From Enterobacter phage phiEap-3, in the sequence record KT321315.1: 64,000 nucleotides of DNA. One strand, given 5' to 3'. Below are positions 1 to 9,670 of the stretch, piece after piece. Under the pieces are notes generated by a model, which was not told the origin of the DNA, made no database searches, and worked only from the letters and a program-made list of their open reading frames with translations. Position 1 is the first letter of the stretch. Each line of letters starts with the position of its first letter. The position numbers and the translations under genes are program-made.

Positions 1-83
1 CACTAGCATCAATTCGAAATATCGTAGCTTCACAACAGAAGCACTAACAAACAAGTAGCCCCGAAAGGGGCTATGAGGGTCTT

Positions 84-1130
84 ATGAGAAAGTACTTAAT
101 GATCGGGGATACTCACGCTGGCTTGCGTCAGGACAACCCCTGGAATGAAGAAAACCTATACAATGTATTCGTGCAAATCGTAGAACACTGCAAAGCAAAT
201 GGCATTACCGAGGCTTTCCATGCTGGTGATTTCTTTGATGTGCGCAAGGCCACCACACAAACCACGATGAAATTCATTCGTGAACGTATTGTGCCACTAC
301 TGGAAGAAGCCGGATTACATATCTATGTTCTGGTTGGGAACCACGATTGCCAGTTTAAAGACAAGATCCGCCCTAACTCACCGCGAGAGATTCTTGATCA
401 GTATGATTGCTTTACTGTTGTTGATGAACCGATGACAGTAAATCTTGATACTTCTCCGCTACAATCAATCGATTTGATCCCGTGGATTTGTCAAGAAAAC
501 ACCCAGCAGATTTTTGATTTCATCAAAAAGTCAAAATCTCAATACTGCTTAGGACACTTTGAACTGTCCGGATACTATTTCTATAAGAACAGTAAAGCGG
601 ATCATGGGCTTGAACCTGATTTCTTAAAGAAATATGAGATCGTGTATTCAGGCCACTATCATCACGCTAACGAAGGTGCTAACGTTTTCTATATCGGTAC
701 ACCGCTTACCATGAGCGCGAACGATGAGGACGAAACCAGGGGCTTTTATGAGCTATCTTATGGCGACGGTAAACGTGAATTAACTTTCATTGCTAACCCA
801 GTATGCCATCATCGCCGGATCACCTATCCGGATCAAAAAGATGTTGATGTTGCTGATTACAAAAATTGCTCTGTTCGTTTGATTGTACGCGAAGTTGATA
901 ACGATTTGCCTAAGTTTCAAACAAAACTGGAAGAAACAGTTTATGAGTTGAACATTGTCGATCGTGTGATCACTGATTCAGAAGTTGATACTGACTTTGA
1001 AATCAAAAGCGTATCTGGATTGATTAGTGAGTACATCAACAACATGCAGATCACTCCAGAAGAAAAGACCGAAGTATCTGCAATAATGAGTGCATTGTAT
1101 GCAGAGGTTACGAGCAATGGAAATAGTTGA
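84..1130 (+). CDS. 47: Recombination endonuclease subunit gp47 (Mre11/SbcD-like metallophosphoesterase)
   Basis: N-terminal IGDTHAG and GNHD phosphoesterase motifs; 348 aa, close to T4 gp47 (339 aa); adjacent to the Rad50-like gene. Confidence 0.85.
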   Translation: MRKYLMIGDTHAGLRQDNPWNEENLYNVFVQIVEHCKANGITEAFHAGDFFDVRKATTQTTMKFIRERIVPLLEEAGLHIYVLVGNHDCQFKDKIRPNSPREILDQYDCFTVVDEPMTVNLDTSPLQSIDLIPWICQENTQQIFDFIKKSKSQYCLGHFELSGYYFYKNSKADHGLEPDFLKKYEIVYSGHYHHANEGANVFYIGTPLTMSANDEDETRGFYELSYGDGKRELTFIANPVCHHRRITYPDQKDVDVADYKNCSVRLIVREVDNDLPKFQTKLEETVYELNIVDRVITDSEVDTDFEIKSVSGLISEYINNMQITPEEKTEVSAIMSALYAEVTSNGNS

Positions 1131-1404
1131 TTACGTTAATATTTTAAACGAAGAAGGGCGATATAAAGCCCTTTATAAAATGTTTGGATTTGATGTGATT
1201 GTTGCAGTACAGCAGGATTCCTATAATGAGTATGTGTCATTGGGATTCACTCTGATTAAAGACAACTATCACGAAACAAAGGTTTGGACATTTACTGTCC
1301 TGAATAGCATGGATGAAGATTCCGTGATATACTGCTTTGATAGCACGATTACAAACATGATTAGTGATATATCCCAAAGGATAATTGATGAAACTCAAAT
1401 TTAA
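1117..1404 (+). CDS. hypothetical small protein (46.x/47.x-like position)
   Basis: ORF with GAGG SD before ATG at 1117; the track ORF 1090 start overlaps gene 47. Confidence 0.4.
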   Translation: MEIVDYVNILNEEGRYKALYKMFGFDVIVAVQQDSYNEYVSLGFTLIKDNYHETKVWTFTVLNSMDEDSVIYCFDSTITNMISDISQRIIDETQI

Positions 1405-3085
1405 AACATTGACTTATCAAAATATCTTGTCGGTTGGTAACGTACCGATCGTCATTGATTTTGATTCAGCAAAGAAAACCCTCATTACGGGTAAAAACGG
1501 CGGTGGTAAATCCACCATGATCGAAGCGCTTACATATGCTCTCTTTGGTAAGTCATTTCGTGATCTGAAAGTCGGGCAACTGGTGAACAGTATCAACAAG
1601 AAAAAATGTCTGGTTGAACTGTTGATCGAATACGGCAATGATGAATATAAAATCATCCGTGGACAAAAGCCGAAAGTATTTGAGATCTGGAAGAATGGCG
1701 AAAAACTGCCGGAAGATTCAGCCGCTGGTGATTATCAGTCACAGCTTGAATCAATGTTGAATATTAACCTGGTTGGGTTTAAACAGGTTATCGTTCTGGG
1801 TACTGCTGGTTATGTTCCTTTCATGGAACTGAAAACACCAGACCGCCGTAAATTGGTTGAAGATTTGCTGTCTCTGTCTATTATTAGTGAAATGGACAAG
1901 CTGAACAAATCATACATCCGTGGTGTTAACCGTGAACTGGATACGCTTTCAATGCAGATTGGACACGTACAACAGCAGATCGCAACACATCAAAAGTTCA
2001 TTGACGAACAACGGGCAAAAGCAAATCAGAATACGGCGCGTTACCAGGATATCTATGATTCTCACGTAGAAACAGCAAAACAAATCAAAGCACAATTGGT
2101 CGAACTGCAAAGCCAGATCGCAGAATGTGTGATCAATGGTGAAGACCAAACAGCAAATATTCAAAAATTGCGTGATGGTTATACGCGGCTCTCAATGAAC
2201 GTAGAACAGTTGCAACGTCTTGAGGTGATGTATCGCAAGGGTGGTGAATGTCCGGCCTGTAAACAGCCAATTAGCCCCACTCCTGAACGCATGGAAGAGA
2301 TTGCCGAGAACATTAAAAATGGTACTCAGAAACTTACGCTGATTAAGAACAAGCAAGATCAGCTACAGAAAATCATGGATGATTTACTAACACAACAACG
2401 TACACTAAATGGGCTGAAATCCAAATACGAATCACTACGCGGTACACTTCAAAATGAAGTTGCAGCGGCTAAACGTGTTCGGGCTGTCATGGATAAAGCA
2501 CAGGAAGACGTGGTGATCGACGAATCTCCAGTTGAAAAACTCCGTGAAGATGAAAAGGATCTTGATTCTAAACGTTCTGGATTTGTCAAGGAAAAATATT
2601 TCAGAGGTATTGTTACGGATCTGCTGAAAGATTCCGGCGTTAAAGCGAGCATCGTTAAACGTTATATTCCTTACTTCAATAAACAGATTGCGCACTATCT
2701 GGATCTGTTGGGTGCTGATTATCAGTTCACTCTGGATGATGAATTTAACGAATCGATTAAATCGCTGGGTCGTAATGATTTTAGTTACGCATCGTTCAGT
2801 CAAGGCGAAAGAGCACGTATCAACCTTGCTTTACTGTTCACCTGGCGCGATGTAACCAGTAAAATTTCTGGTGTTGATTTATCCCTTCTGATTCTGGATG
2901 AGGTTTTTGACGGGCCGCTTGACCGAGAAGGCTCATATGCAATCAAAACTTTACTTGACAGCATCGAAGGCAACACTATCATTATCAGTCATCAGGATCT
3001 GGATCCGCAAGACTTCGATCGACATATCACCATGCAGAAAGTTGGACGGTTCACAAAGTGTACTATCAATGATCGAGGTGCATAA
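1385..3085 (+). CDS. 46: Recombination ATPase gp46 (Rad50/SbcC-like)
   Basis: Walker A GKNGGGKST, long coiled-coil middle, C-terminal LLILDEVFDG (Walker B/D-loop); 566 aa vs T4 gp46 560 aa. Confidence 0.85.
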   Translation: MMKLKFKTLTYQNILSVGNVPIVIDFDSAKKTLITGKNGGGKSTMIEALTYALFGKSFRDLKVGQLVNSINKKKCLVELLIEYGNDEYKIIRGQKPKVFEIWKNGEKLPEDSAAGDYQSQLESMLNINLVGFKQVIVLGTAGYVPFMELKTPDRRKLVEDLLSLSIISEMDKLNKSYIRGVNRELDTLSMQIGHVQQQIATHQKFIDEQRAKANQNTARYQDIYDSHVETAKQIKAQLVELQSQIAECVINGEDQTANIQKLRDGYTRLSMNVEQLQRLEVMYRKGGECPACKQPISPTPERMEEIAENIKNGTQKLTLIKNKQDQLQKIMDDLLTQQRTLNGLKSKYESLRGTLQNEVAAAKRVRAVMDKAQEDVVIDESPVEKLREDEKDLDSKRSGFVKEKYFRGIVTDLLKDSGVKASIVKRYIPYFNKQIAHYLDLLGADYQFTLDDEFNESIKSLGRNDFSYASFSQGERARINLALLFTWRDVTSKISGVDLSLLILDEVFDGPLDREGSYAIKTLLDSIEGNTIIISHQDLDPQDFDRHITMQKVGRFTKCTINDRGA

Positions 3086-3276
3086 TGTTAGAAAGAGAAT
3101 TTGAATTAGAAACCGCTCCAGAAATAGAGAGGTTTTATCTCCACAACAATTTTCTTGAAGAAAAACATATAGTTACTATGAGAGATGTTGAGGAAGCATT
3201 CAAAAATAATCCTATAGAGTTGACGCGAATCAAGAACAACAAAAGTTCTGTTTGGTTCCTCGAAAAAATCTATTGA
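3085..3276 (+). CDS. hypothetical small protein
   Basis: ATGA-coupled ORF after gene 46. Confidence 0.35.
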   Translation: MLEREFELETAPEIERFYLHNNFLEEKHIVTMRDVEEAFKNNPIELTRIKNNKSSVWFLEKIY

Positions 3277-3301
3277 CCGAAATCCATAAATACAGTAAAG
3301 T

Positions 3302-3336
3302 AGCCCATGTAACGAAACGTGGGCTTTGTTTTTATT
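3302..3336 (+). terminator. rho-independent terminator-like hairpin
   Basis: AGCCCATGTAACGAAACGTGGGCT stem-loop followed by a T-run. Confidence 0.55.
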
Positions 3337-3349
3337 TGAGGAACAATAA

Positions 3350-5059
3350 ATGATCACCGAATCCAAAATGACTTATCAGGAAGCACTGAAAGTTTTGGGC
3401 GCAACTGGTAGCGAAACCAGCGCTGAAATGTCCAGACTCTTCAAACGTGCATCCTTACGCAATCACCCCGACCGTGGTGGTAGCAATGAATTAATGCAGA
3501 AAATCAACCAGGCTTACGATGTCGTTACAAAAACTGGGCCTAGTGGCGCACGTTCTGAGACTGCTGGTGATGTTCGCGCACGTTATGCCCGTCAAAAGAA
3601 AGAATGGGAAGAAAAAGTTGATGCTTACTTTGTAGTGGCGAAAAACTATTTCAGCACCAAATTTAACGCACAGGAATTTGCGGAATACTTCACCAAATAC
3701 ACTGGATTGCCTACCACTTTCAAACAGGAAGTAACAAAAGGTAGTCACGGTGTTTATGCTTCGTTCCGTTTCACTTCTGGTGATGCTTACTTTGATTTCG
3801 GTTTCAACTGCACCCCTCCTAATGGACAAGGGTTAGCCGCACCGGATTCATCTGCACTGGGTAGCGTTTCTGTTAGTACCTTTGTACTGGTTGGAACTAA
3901 AAAACACAAAATGGCAAGCCGTGATTATCAATGGGGCAAAAACCCAGACAAGATCACTCCGGAAAGCCTGTTCCCGTCTAAAAAACTGGAAAGCATTTTC
4001 AGCCCTGTACAGAAAAATATCAAATACAAACGTGCTGACTACCTGGCGTCATTCCGTAAGCTGTTAGGCGCTGACGTTAGCGGAAACGATATCTTTGTTG
4101 AAGTTGGTACACTGAAAGTTCGTTTCTATCGTCACGTATTCATGCGCAAAGGTGCTTATGTGTTTAGCGCGGTGTATGATCCTGCTGTATCTAAGTATCG
4201 TCCGGCTGCACAACTTCGCGGAACCATGTTCGAAGACGAAGACGGTGCTTGCCTGGATATGATCGTTGATACGTTCAAAGAGTTGCAGAAACTGAAACCG
4301 AGTGTTCAAGGCGTTGTGAACGCTATCGATAAGATGAACGCAGAGTTTGCAGCGGGACATCGTTCAGCATCTTTTGTTAAACGTGTAGCTGCTCAGGAAG
4401 CCGCGCCGAAGCCAGAAGAGAAGCCAAAACGCACTGTTAATCGTATCGGTAAAGAGGAATACTTCGCAGCACTAAAAGATATTGGTGCTCGTGTAATGCC
4501 TACCAGCGGTTATGTTGAATTTGATAACGGCGCTGGTGTTACTATCAACTTCAAGCGTATTGTTGTAAACCGTAAAGCATACTACTCATTCAGTAGCTTT
4601 GATTTCATGTACTCTGGTCAGAAACACATTGAGTGGTTGAAAGGAATCGATATCGCAGAAGATACCAAAGGAGCAAGCATTAGCCTACTCACTGATACTC
4701 TGAAATCTTTACGTGGGATCTCTGACTGGAACACTGTTAAGAGCGCTTTAGATCAAATGAATTCTAACTTCAAAGCGGGTAAATTCTCCGCACCTCATGT
4801 GAAGAAGGAAGCAGAGCAAAAAGCACCGAAACAGAAAGACGAAATCGGCGCACAGCCTACCAAACCACAGGCGGCTAAGAAAGATACACCGGAAGTGGAA
4901 AAATCACAGGCTGTTCATGCAGCACGTGAGAAAGCGAATATGAACAACACTATTCGTAAAATGATGACTATGTTAGTCAAAGCACAGCGTAAAGACACTC
5001 CGGAAGATATCAAGAAGGAAGTTGATGCAGCAATTCAATTGTGGCGCTTGACTTACTAA
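3350..5059 (+). CDS. J-domain (DnaJ-like, HPD motif) protein with internally duplicated C-terminal domains
   Basis: N-terminus YQEALKVLG...LRNHPDRGG...INQAYDVV matches the J-domain signature including HPD; two repeated blocks separated by lysine/proline-rich linkers. Confidence 0.6.
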   Translation: MITESKMTYQEALKVLGATGSETSAEMSRLFKRASLRNHPDRGGSNELMQKINQAYDVVTKTGPSGARSETAGDVRARYARQKKEWEEKVDAYFVVAKNYFSTKFNAQEFAEYFTKYTGLPTTFKQEVTKGSHGVYASFRFTSGDAYFDFGFNCTPPNGQGLAAPDSSALGSVSVSTFVLVGTKKHKMASRDYQWGKNPDKITPESLFPSKKLESIFSPVQKNIKYKRADYLASFRKLLGADVSGNDIFVEVGTLKVRFYRHVFMRKGAYVFSAVYDPAVSKYRPAAQLRGTMFEDEDGACLDMIVDTFKELQKLKPSVQGVVNAIDKMNAEFAAGHRSASFVKRVAAQEAAPKPEEKPKRTVNRIGKEEYFAALKDIGARVMPTSGYVEFDNGAGVTINFKRIVVNRKAYYSFSSFDFMYSGQKHIEWLKGIDIAEDTKGASISLLTDTLKSLRGISDWNTVKSALDQMNSNFKAGKFSAPHVKKEAEQKAPKQKDEIGAQPTKPQAAKKDTPEVEKSQAVHAAREKANMNNTIRKMMTMLVKAQRKDTPEDIKKEVDAAIQLWRLTY

Positions 5060-5075
5060 TCAAATGAACTATAAT

Positions 5076-5104
5076 GGGAACTGTTAACGCAGTTCCCTTT
5101 TTAT
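5076..5104 (+). terminator. rho-independent terminator
   Basis: GGGAACTGTTAACGCAGTTCCC hairpin plus TTTTTATTT. Confidence 0.6.
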
Positions 5105-5118
5105 TTGAGGAAAATATT

Positions 5119-5409
5119 ATGAGTTGTCCAACATGGTTACGTTTGGAAAATCTGAAAGAAGGTACACAAAAACGGATTTATATTAATCTTGGTTGGGTTC
5201 CGCCTACAGATTTTCAAATGGCTGAGATTTTAATCAATGCTGTTAAAGAAGTAAGCGACACTTACGAATGGGAAAGGCTCTATTTTCCTTTGATTGGTTT
5301 GTATATGACGCGAAATAAATTTGAAGAAATGAAACTTGCTGTTATTCGCGCTACGATTATTAATTCCCAACAAAGATTTACTTTGAAAAATGCATGGAGT
5401 TCTGAATGA
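5119..5409 (+). CDS. hypothetical protein
   Basis: ORF with GAGGAAA SD; the track start 5074 reads through the terminator. Confidence 0.45.
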   Translation: MSCPTWLRLENLKEGTQKRIYINLGWVPPTDFQMAEILINAVKEVSDTYEWERLYFPLIGLYMTRNKFEEMKLAVIRATIINSQQRFTLKNAWSSE

Positions 5410-5636
5410 TTATTCAAGTATCTGTACAGGGTGACACTCTGACTGTCACCGAATCCATCAATACCGCTCTTGCTGTATGTCGTGACCATATCTCACAAAA
5501 TCCTCCAGTGACTGAGATCCTGGAAATTGATGTTTGGGATCAGATTGGGATGATCGACGCATCATATGGATTTACCCCGCGAGAGGAAGAACTATCTCGT
5601 ATCGAATCATGGCTGAATGAACAGGAAACGGAATGA
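5406..5636 (+). CDS. hypothetical protein
   Basis: ATGA-coupled ORF. Confidence 0.45.
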   Translation: MIIQVSVQGDTLTVTESINTALAVCRDHISQNPPVTEILEIDVWDQIGMIDASYGFTPREEELSRIESWLNEQETE

Positions 5637-5890
5637 AACTCCCTAAGAACACAACACTACTAACCCGCGAAAAACTTCACTCTGTTGATTGGTGTCCTCT
5701 GGATATCATGATTTTTGATATTGAATCTCGCGTGATCAATGCAAAATATCAGGGGTGTAGTATTTTCTCTGTTGAATTCGAGAAGATTCGCGGATATGAT
5801 GAGAAGTATAAAGAAAAACTGAAAGTTATGATTGAAGCATTAGGCTATATTGTAACTGTTGAAGACAACAAAATGTGGATCGCAATATGA
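5633..5890 (+). CDS. hypothetical protein
   Basis: ATGA-coupled ORF. Confidence 0.45.
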   Translation: MKLPKNTTLLTREKLHSVDWCPLDIMIFDIESRVINAKYQGCSIFSVEFEKIRGYDEKYKEKLKVMIEALGYIVTVEDNKMWIAI

Positions 5891-6465
5891 GCATAGTAAA
5901 AGCGGTGTTTGCACTGGGGCATGATATCTACCACGATGATTTCGCTTTTGGATATCAGCAAGGCTTGCCGTGGGGCCACTGTAAAGAAGATTTACAAAAC
6001 TTCAAAGAAGAAACCGCCGATAGCGTTTTGATCATGGGTGCAAATACGTTTACCTCTCTTCCGGGTAAACTACCTGGTAGGATCCATTGTGTTCTGTCTG
6101 GTTCCGGTAGCTTTTTGAAAACCAAAAAAGGCGACGTTGCTGATTACGTGATCCACGGTGGCGGGTTGTCTGCTGCTATTGGTACAATGCAAGCAACACA
6201 CCCAGATAAAAATGTGTGTGTCATCGGTGGTAAGGGGTTGCTTTTAGATTCAATCAATAATAAAATGGTTGATGAAGTAGTTTTGACACACATTTACGGA
6301 CATCATGTATATAATGCCCCATCATTTAAACGCGATGTTTCGTTTACTGCTTCTGAATTGGGTGATGCATTGTTAAAATATGAATTTACTGATTTCAAAA
6401 CTCAGTACATCAAAGAACATGAACGCATTGAAAAAATCGTAGTCGATCGATATAAAAAGGTATAA
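5887..6465 (+). CDS. frd: Dihydrofolate reductase
   Basis: DHFR-like N-terminus (VFALG...GLPWG); lies immediately upstream of td as in T4; ATG 5887 overlaps the previous stop (the track 5875 start is a GTG). Confidence 0.85.
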   Translation: MSIVKAVFALGHDIYHDDFAFGYQQGLPWGHCKEDLQNFKEETADSVLIMGANTFTSLPGKLPGRIHCVLSGSGSFLKTKKGDVADYVIHGGGLSAAIGTMQATHPDKNVCVIGGKGLLLDSINNKMVDEVVLTHIYGHHVYNAPSFKRDVSFTASELGDALLKYEFTDFKTQYIKEHERIEKIVVDRYKKV

Positions 6466-6466
6466 A

Positions 6467-7342
6467 ATGAAACAGTATCTGGATATTATTAAACTTGTAC
6501 TTGATAACGGTGTTGAGTCAACTGATCGCACTGGTGTAGGTACTATTCGTATTTTCGGCGCACAAGCCCGATGGGATCTAAACAGAGGTTTCCCCGCAAC
6601 TACCTGTAAAAAACTATTCTTCAAGCCGTGCAAGCATGAATTGCAATGGTTCCTGTCCGGTTCAACCAACGTTGAAGAACTTCGCCGGATGACCTGGGGT
6701 GAAAATAGTGATAAGCGCACAATCTGGGATGATAACTATGAGAAACAAGCTATTGATTTAGGATACGATTCTGGTTATCTGGGGCCAATCTATGGTCATC
6801 AATGGCGTTCATTTGGTTCTCTTTATGGGGATGATGATAGTTATTATGGCGGTAGTGGTGTTGATCAGATTGCAAAAGTCATCGAACAACTGAAATCAAC
6901 TCCAGACGATCGCGGGATCATCGTTTCTGCCTGGAATCCTGCTGATCTTGATGATATGGCTCTGCGTCCGTGTCACTGTTTCTTCCAGTTCGTTGTAATC
7001 AACGGTAAACTGTCTCTACAGTGGTATCAGCGTTCAGTTGATGTCTTCTTAGGGTTGCCGTTCAATATCGCCTCCTATGCTCTCCTGACGCATATTATCG
7101 CTGATATTTGCGGGTACGAAGTGGGTGATCTGGTTTGGACTGGTGGTGATGTCCATATCTATAAAAATGCGGTTGAACAGGCAAAAGAACTTTTACAGCC
7201 TAACCGTTCACCAATGCCATTACCGATTCTAAAAATGCCGAAGGTAAATAGCTTACTTGATTTAGATCAAGAATTCTTTGACTCGATAACCTTAGAAGGG
7301 TATCATAATCACGGCTCTCTAAAAGCTGAAATGGCAGTATGA
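6467..7342 (+). CDS. td: Thymidylate synthase
   Basis: Strong similarity to T4 Td (MKQY..DRTGVGT, QWYQRSVDVFLGLPFNIASYA); continuous ORF with no intron. Confidence 0.95.
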   Translation: MKQYLDIIKLVLDNGVESTDRTGVGTIRIFGAQARWDLNRGFPATTCKKLFFKPCKHELQWFLSGSTNVEELRRMTWGENSDKRTIWDDNYEKQAIDLGYDSGYLGPIYGHQWRSFGSLYGDDDSYYGGSGVDQIAKVIEQLKSTPDDRGIIVSAWNPADLDDMALRPCHCFFQFVVINGKLSLQWYQRSVDVFLGLPFNIASYALLTHIIADICGYEVGDLVWTGGDVHIYKNAVEQAKELLQPNRSPMPLPILKMPKVNSLLDLDQEFFDSITLEGYHNHGSLKAEMAV

Positions 7343-7381
7343 AAAATGGGGCTTCGGCCCCTTTCTTAACAAGGTAAGAGA

Positions 7382-9634
7382 ATGAATGACATTAAAGTAG
7401 TAGTAAAATCCTCTGGTGTACGCCAGCCGTTTGACAAAGAAAAAATATACAAAGTGCTCAAGTGGGCCTGTGATGGTCATAATATCGATGTTCGTGCATT
7501 CCTTGAAAATGTATTAGAACTGATCCGCGATGGTATGACTACCAAACAAATTCAACGTATCGCTATCAAGTATGCAGCAGATCATATTTCTGTTAAAGAA
7601 CCGGATTGGCAATACGTAGCATCAAATCTTGAAATGTTTGCATTGCGTAAAGACGTTTACGGTCAGTTCGATCCTATCCCGTTCTACGATCACATCGTTA
7701 AAATGGTTGAAGCGGGGAAATACGATAAAGAGATCCTTGAAAAATACAGCAAGCAAGATATTCAAGTTTTCGAACGTGCAATTGATCATGATAAAGATTT
7801 TGAATTTTCGTATGCTGGTTCCCAACAGTTAATCGGGAAATATCTGGTTCAGGATCGCGATACTGGCGAAATCTTTGAAACCCCTCAGTATGCGTTTATG
7901 CTTATTGCAATGTGTCTGCATCAGGAAGAAACTGGATTAGCACAGGTTACGCATATTGTTGATTTTTATAACGCAATTTCCGATCGCAAACTGTCTCTAC
8001 CAACTCCAATTATGGCGGGTGTACGTACTCCTACGCGCCAGTTCTCCAGTTGTGTAGTAATTGAATCGGGTGATTCTCTTGGTTCTCTTAACGCTGTAAC
8101 CTCTGCGATCGTGAAGTATATTTCACAACGTGCTGGTATTGGGGTTAACGCGGGACATATTCGCGCAATGGGTTCTAAAATCCGTGGTGGTGAAGCTGTT
8201 CATACTGGTGTGATTCCTTTCTGGAAACATATCCAAACCGCTGTTAAATCCTGTTCACAGGGTGGCGTTCGTGGTGGTGCTGCAACACTGTATTATCCTT
8301 TCTGGCATCTGGAAGTTGAAAACCTTCTGGTGTTGAAGAACAACAAAGGCGTAGAAGAAAACCGCGTTCGTCATCTTGATTACGGTGTACAGCTTAACCA
8401 GTTGATGTATAAACGCTTAATGAATCGTGATTACATTACGCTGTTTAGTCCGGATGTTGCTAACGATCGTCTGTATGATCTGTTCTATGAAGCCGATCAG
8501 ACTGCATTTGAAGAACTGTATGAAAGCCTGGAAAAAGACCCAACTGTTCGTAAGAAACGTATCAAAGCGGTTGACCTGTTCCAACTTTTAGCACAGGAAC
8601 GCGCACAGACAGGACGCAAATACATTTTCAACACTCATCACGTCAACCAACAGGGTAGTTTTACGGTTCCTGTCCGTATGTCTAACCTCTGCTGTGAGAT
8701 TGCGATCCCAACGTCGCCGCTGGATGACGATGATAAAATGGCTGGTGAAATTGGATTGTGTACGCTAATGGCTATCGTTCTGGATAACGCTGATATCAGT
8801 GAATTCCCGAAACTCACGCGTATTGCGGTACGTGCGCTTGATAACCTGCTGGATTACCAGAACTACCCTGTAAAAGCCGCTCTGAAAGCTAAACAGCGTC
8901 GTTCTCTGGGTGTTGGTATCACCAACTATGCATCATGGTTAGCAAGCAACTATTGCGACTACTCAGAAGCGTATACAGACAAAGTTCATGAATTAATGGA
9001 AGCGTTTCAGTTTAACCTTCTCGTTGCTTCTATGGAACTGGCGAAAGAACGTGGTGCGTGTGGATTGTACAACGATACCAAATACGCTCGCGGGTTACTG
9101 CCTATCGATTGGTATTGCAAAACTGTTGATGAACTGGTAGCACCTGTTTATAATTGCGATTGGGAATGGTTACGTAGTCAGATTAAGAAATACGGCTTGC
9201 GCAACTCTACTCTTTCTGCTTTAATGCCTTGTGAAAGTAGTTCACAGGTTAGTAACTCTACCAACGGGATCGAACCTCCGCGCGGTTTAGTGAGTATCAA
9301 ATCTTCGAAAGAAGGACACTATAACCAGGTTGTGCCTAACCAGAATAACCAGATTGATTTCTATGATCTGCTCTGGGATATGGCTAAACGCGGTAACAAA
9401 GGGTATCTGTCTCATGTAGCAGTTATGCAGAAGTTTGTCGATCAGTCTATTTCTGCAAACACCAACTATGACCCGGCAAACTATGAAGACGGGAAAGTTA
9501 AAACAGAAGACATCATTGATGATCTGCTGTATGCTAACTACTACGGTGTTAAAACTCTGTACTATCATAATACGCGTGATGGTGCTGGTGATGAAGAAGA
9601 AGCCGCAGAAGATTGCGCGGGTTGTAAGATTTGA
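7382..9634 (+). CDS. nrdA: Ribonucleotide reductase large subunit NrdA
   Basis: 750 aa; ATP-cone N-terminus, catalytic NLCCEI motif, C-terminal CAGCKI-type tail; position after td. Confidence 0.95.
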   Translation: MNDIKVVVKSSGVRQPFDKEKIYKVLKWACDGHNIDVRAFLENVLELIRDGMTTKQIQRIAIKYAADHISVKEPDWQYVASNLEMFALRKDVYGQFDPIPFYDHIVKMVEAGKYDKEILEKYSKQDIQVFERAIDHDKDFEFSYAGSQQLIGKYLVQDRDTGEIFETPQYAFMLIAMCLHQEETGLAQVTHIVDFYNAISDRKLSLPTPIMAGVRTPTRQFSSCVVIESGDSLGSLNAVTSAIVKYISQRAGIGVNAGHIRAMGSKIRGGEAVHTGVIPFWKHIQTAVKSCSQGGVRGGAATLYYPFWHLEVENLLVLKNNKGVEENRVRHLDYGVQLNQLMYKRLMNRDYITLFSPDVANDRLYDLFYEADQTAFEELYESLEKDPTVRKKRIKAVDLFQLLAQERAQTGRKYIFNTHHVNQQGSFTVPVRMSNLCCEIAIPTSPLDDDDKMAGEIGLCTLMAIVLDNADISEFPKLTRIAVRALDNLLDYQNYPVKAALKAKQRRSLGVGITNYASWLASNYCDYSEAYTDKVHELMEAFQFNLLVASMELAKERGACGLYNDTKYARGLLPIDWYCKTVDELVAPVYNCDWEWLRSQIKKYGLRNSTLSALMPCESSSQVSNSTNGIEPPRGLVSIKSSKEGHYNQVVPNQNNQIDFYDLLWDMAKRGNKGYLSHVAVMQKFVDQSISANTNYDPANYEDGKVKTEDIIDDLLYANYYGVKTLYYHNTRDGAGDEEEAAEDCAGCKI

Positions 9635-9639
9635 TTAAT

Positions 9640-9658
9640 GCCCCTTCGGGGGCTTTTT
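9640..9658 (+). promoter_or_regulatory. intercistronic UUCG-tetraloop hairpin plus U-run between nrdA and nrdB (attenuator/terminator-like)
   Basis: GCCCCTTCGGGGGC followed by TTTTT; an identical 18-mer recurs at 24296. Confidence 0.5.
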
Positions 9659-9670
9659 AAAGGTAAAGAC

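Noticed and set aside
1417-4360. Multiple minus-strand ORFs inside genes 46 and the J-domain gene (1417..1656, 1949..2164, 2435..2803, 3491..3829, 4064..4360)
   Set aside because: They are antisense to well-supported long coding genes, have no SDs and are low-complexity. They look like shadow ORFs.
9638-9670. Track start of nrdB at 9638
   Set aside because: That ATG lies inside the GCCCCTTCGGGGGC hairpin. A start at 9671 has an SD and matches the expected NrdB length.
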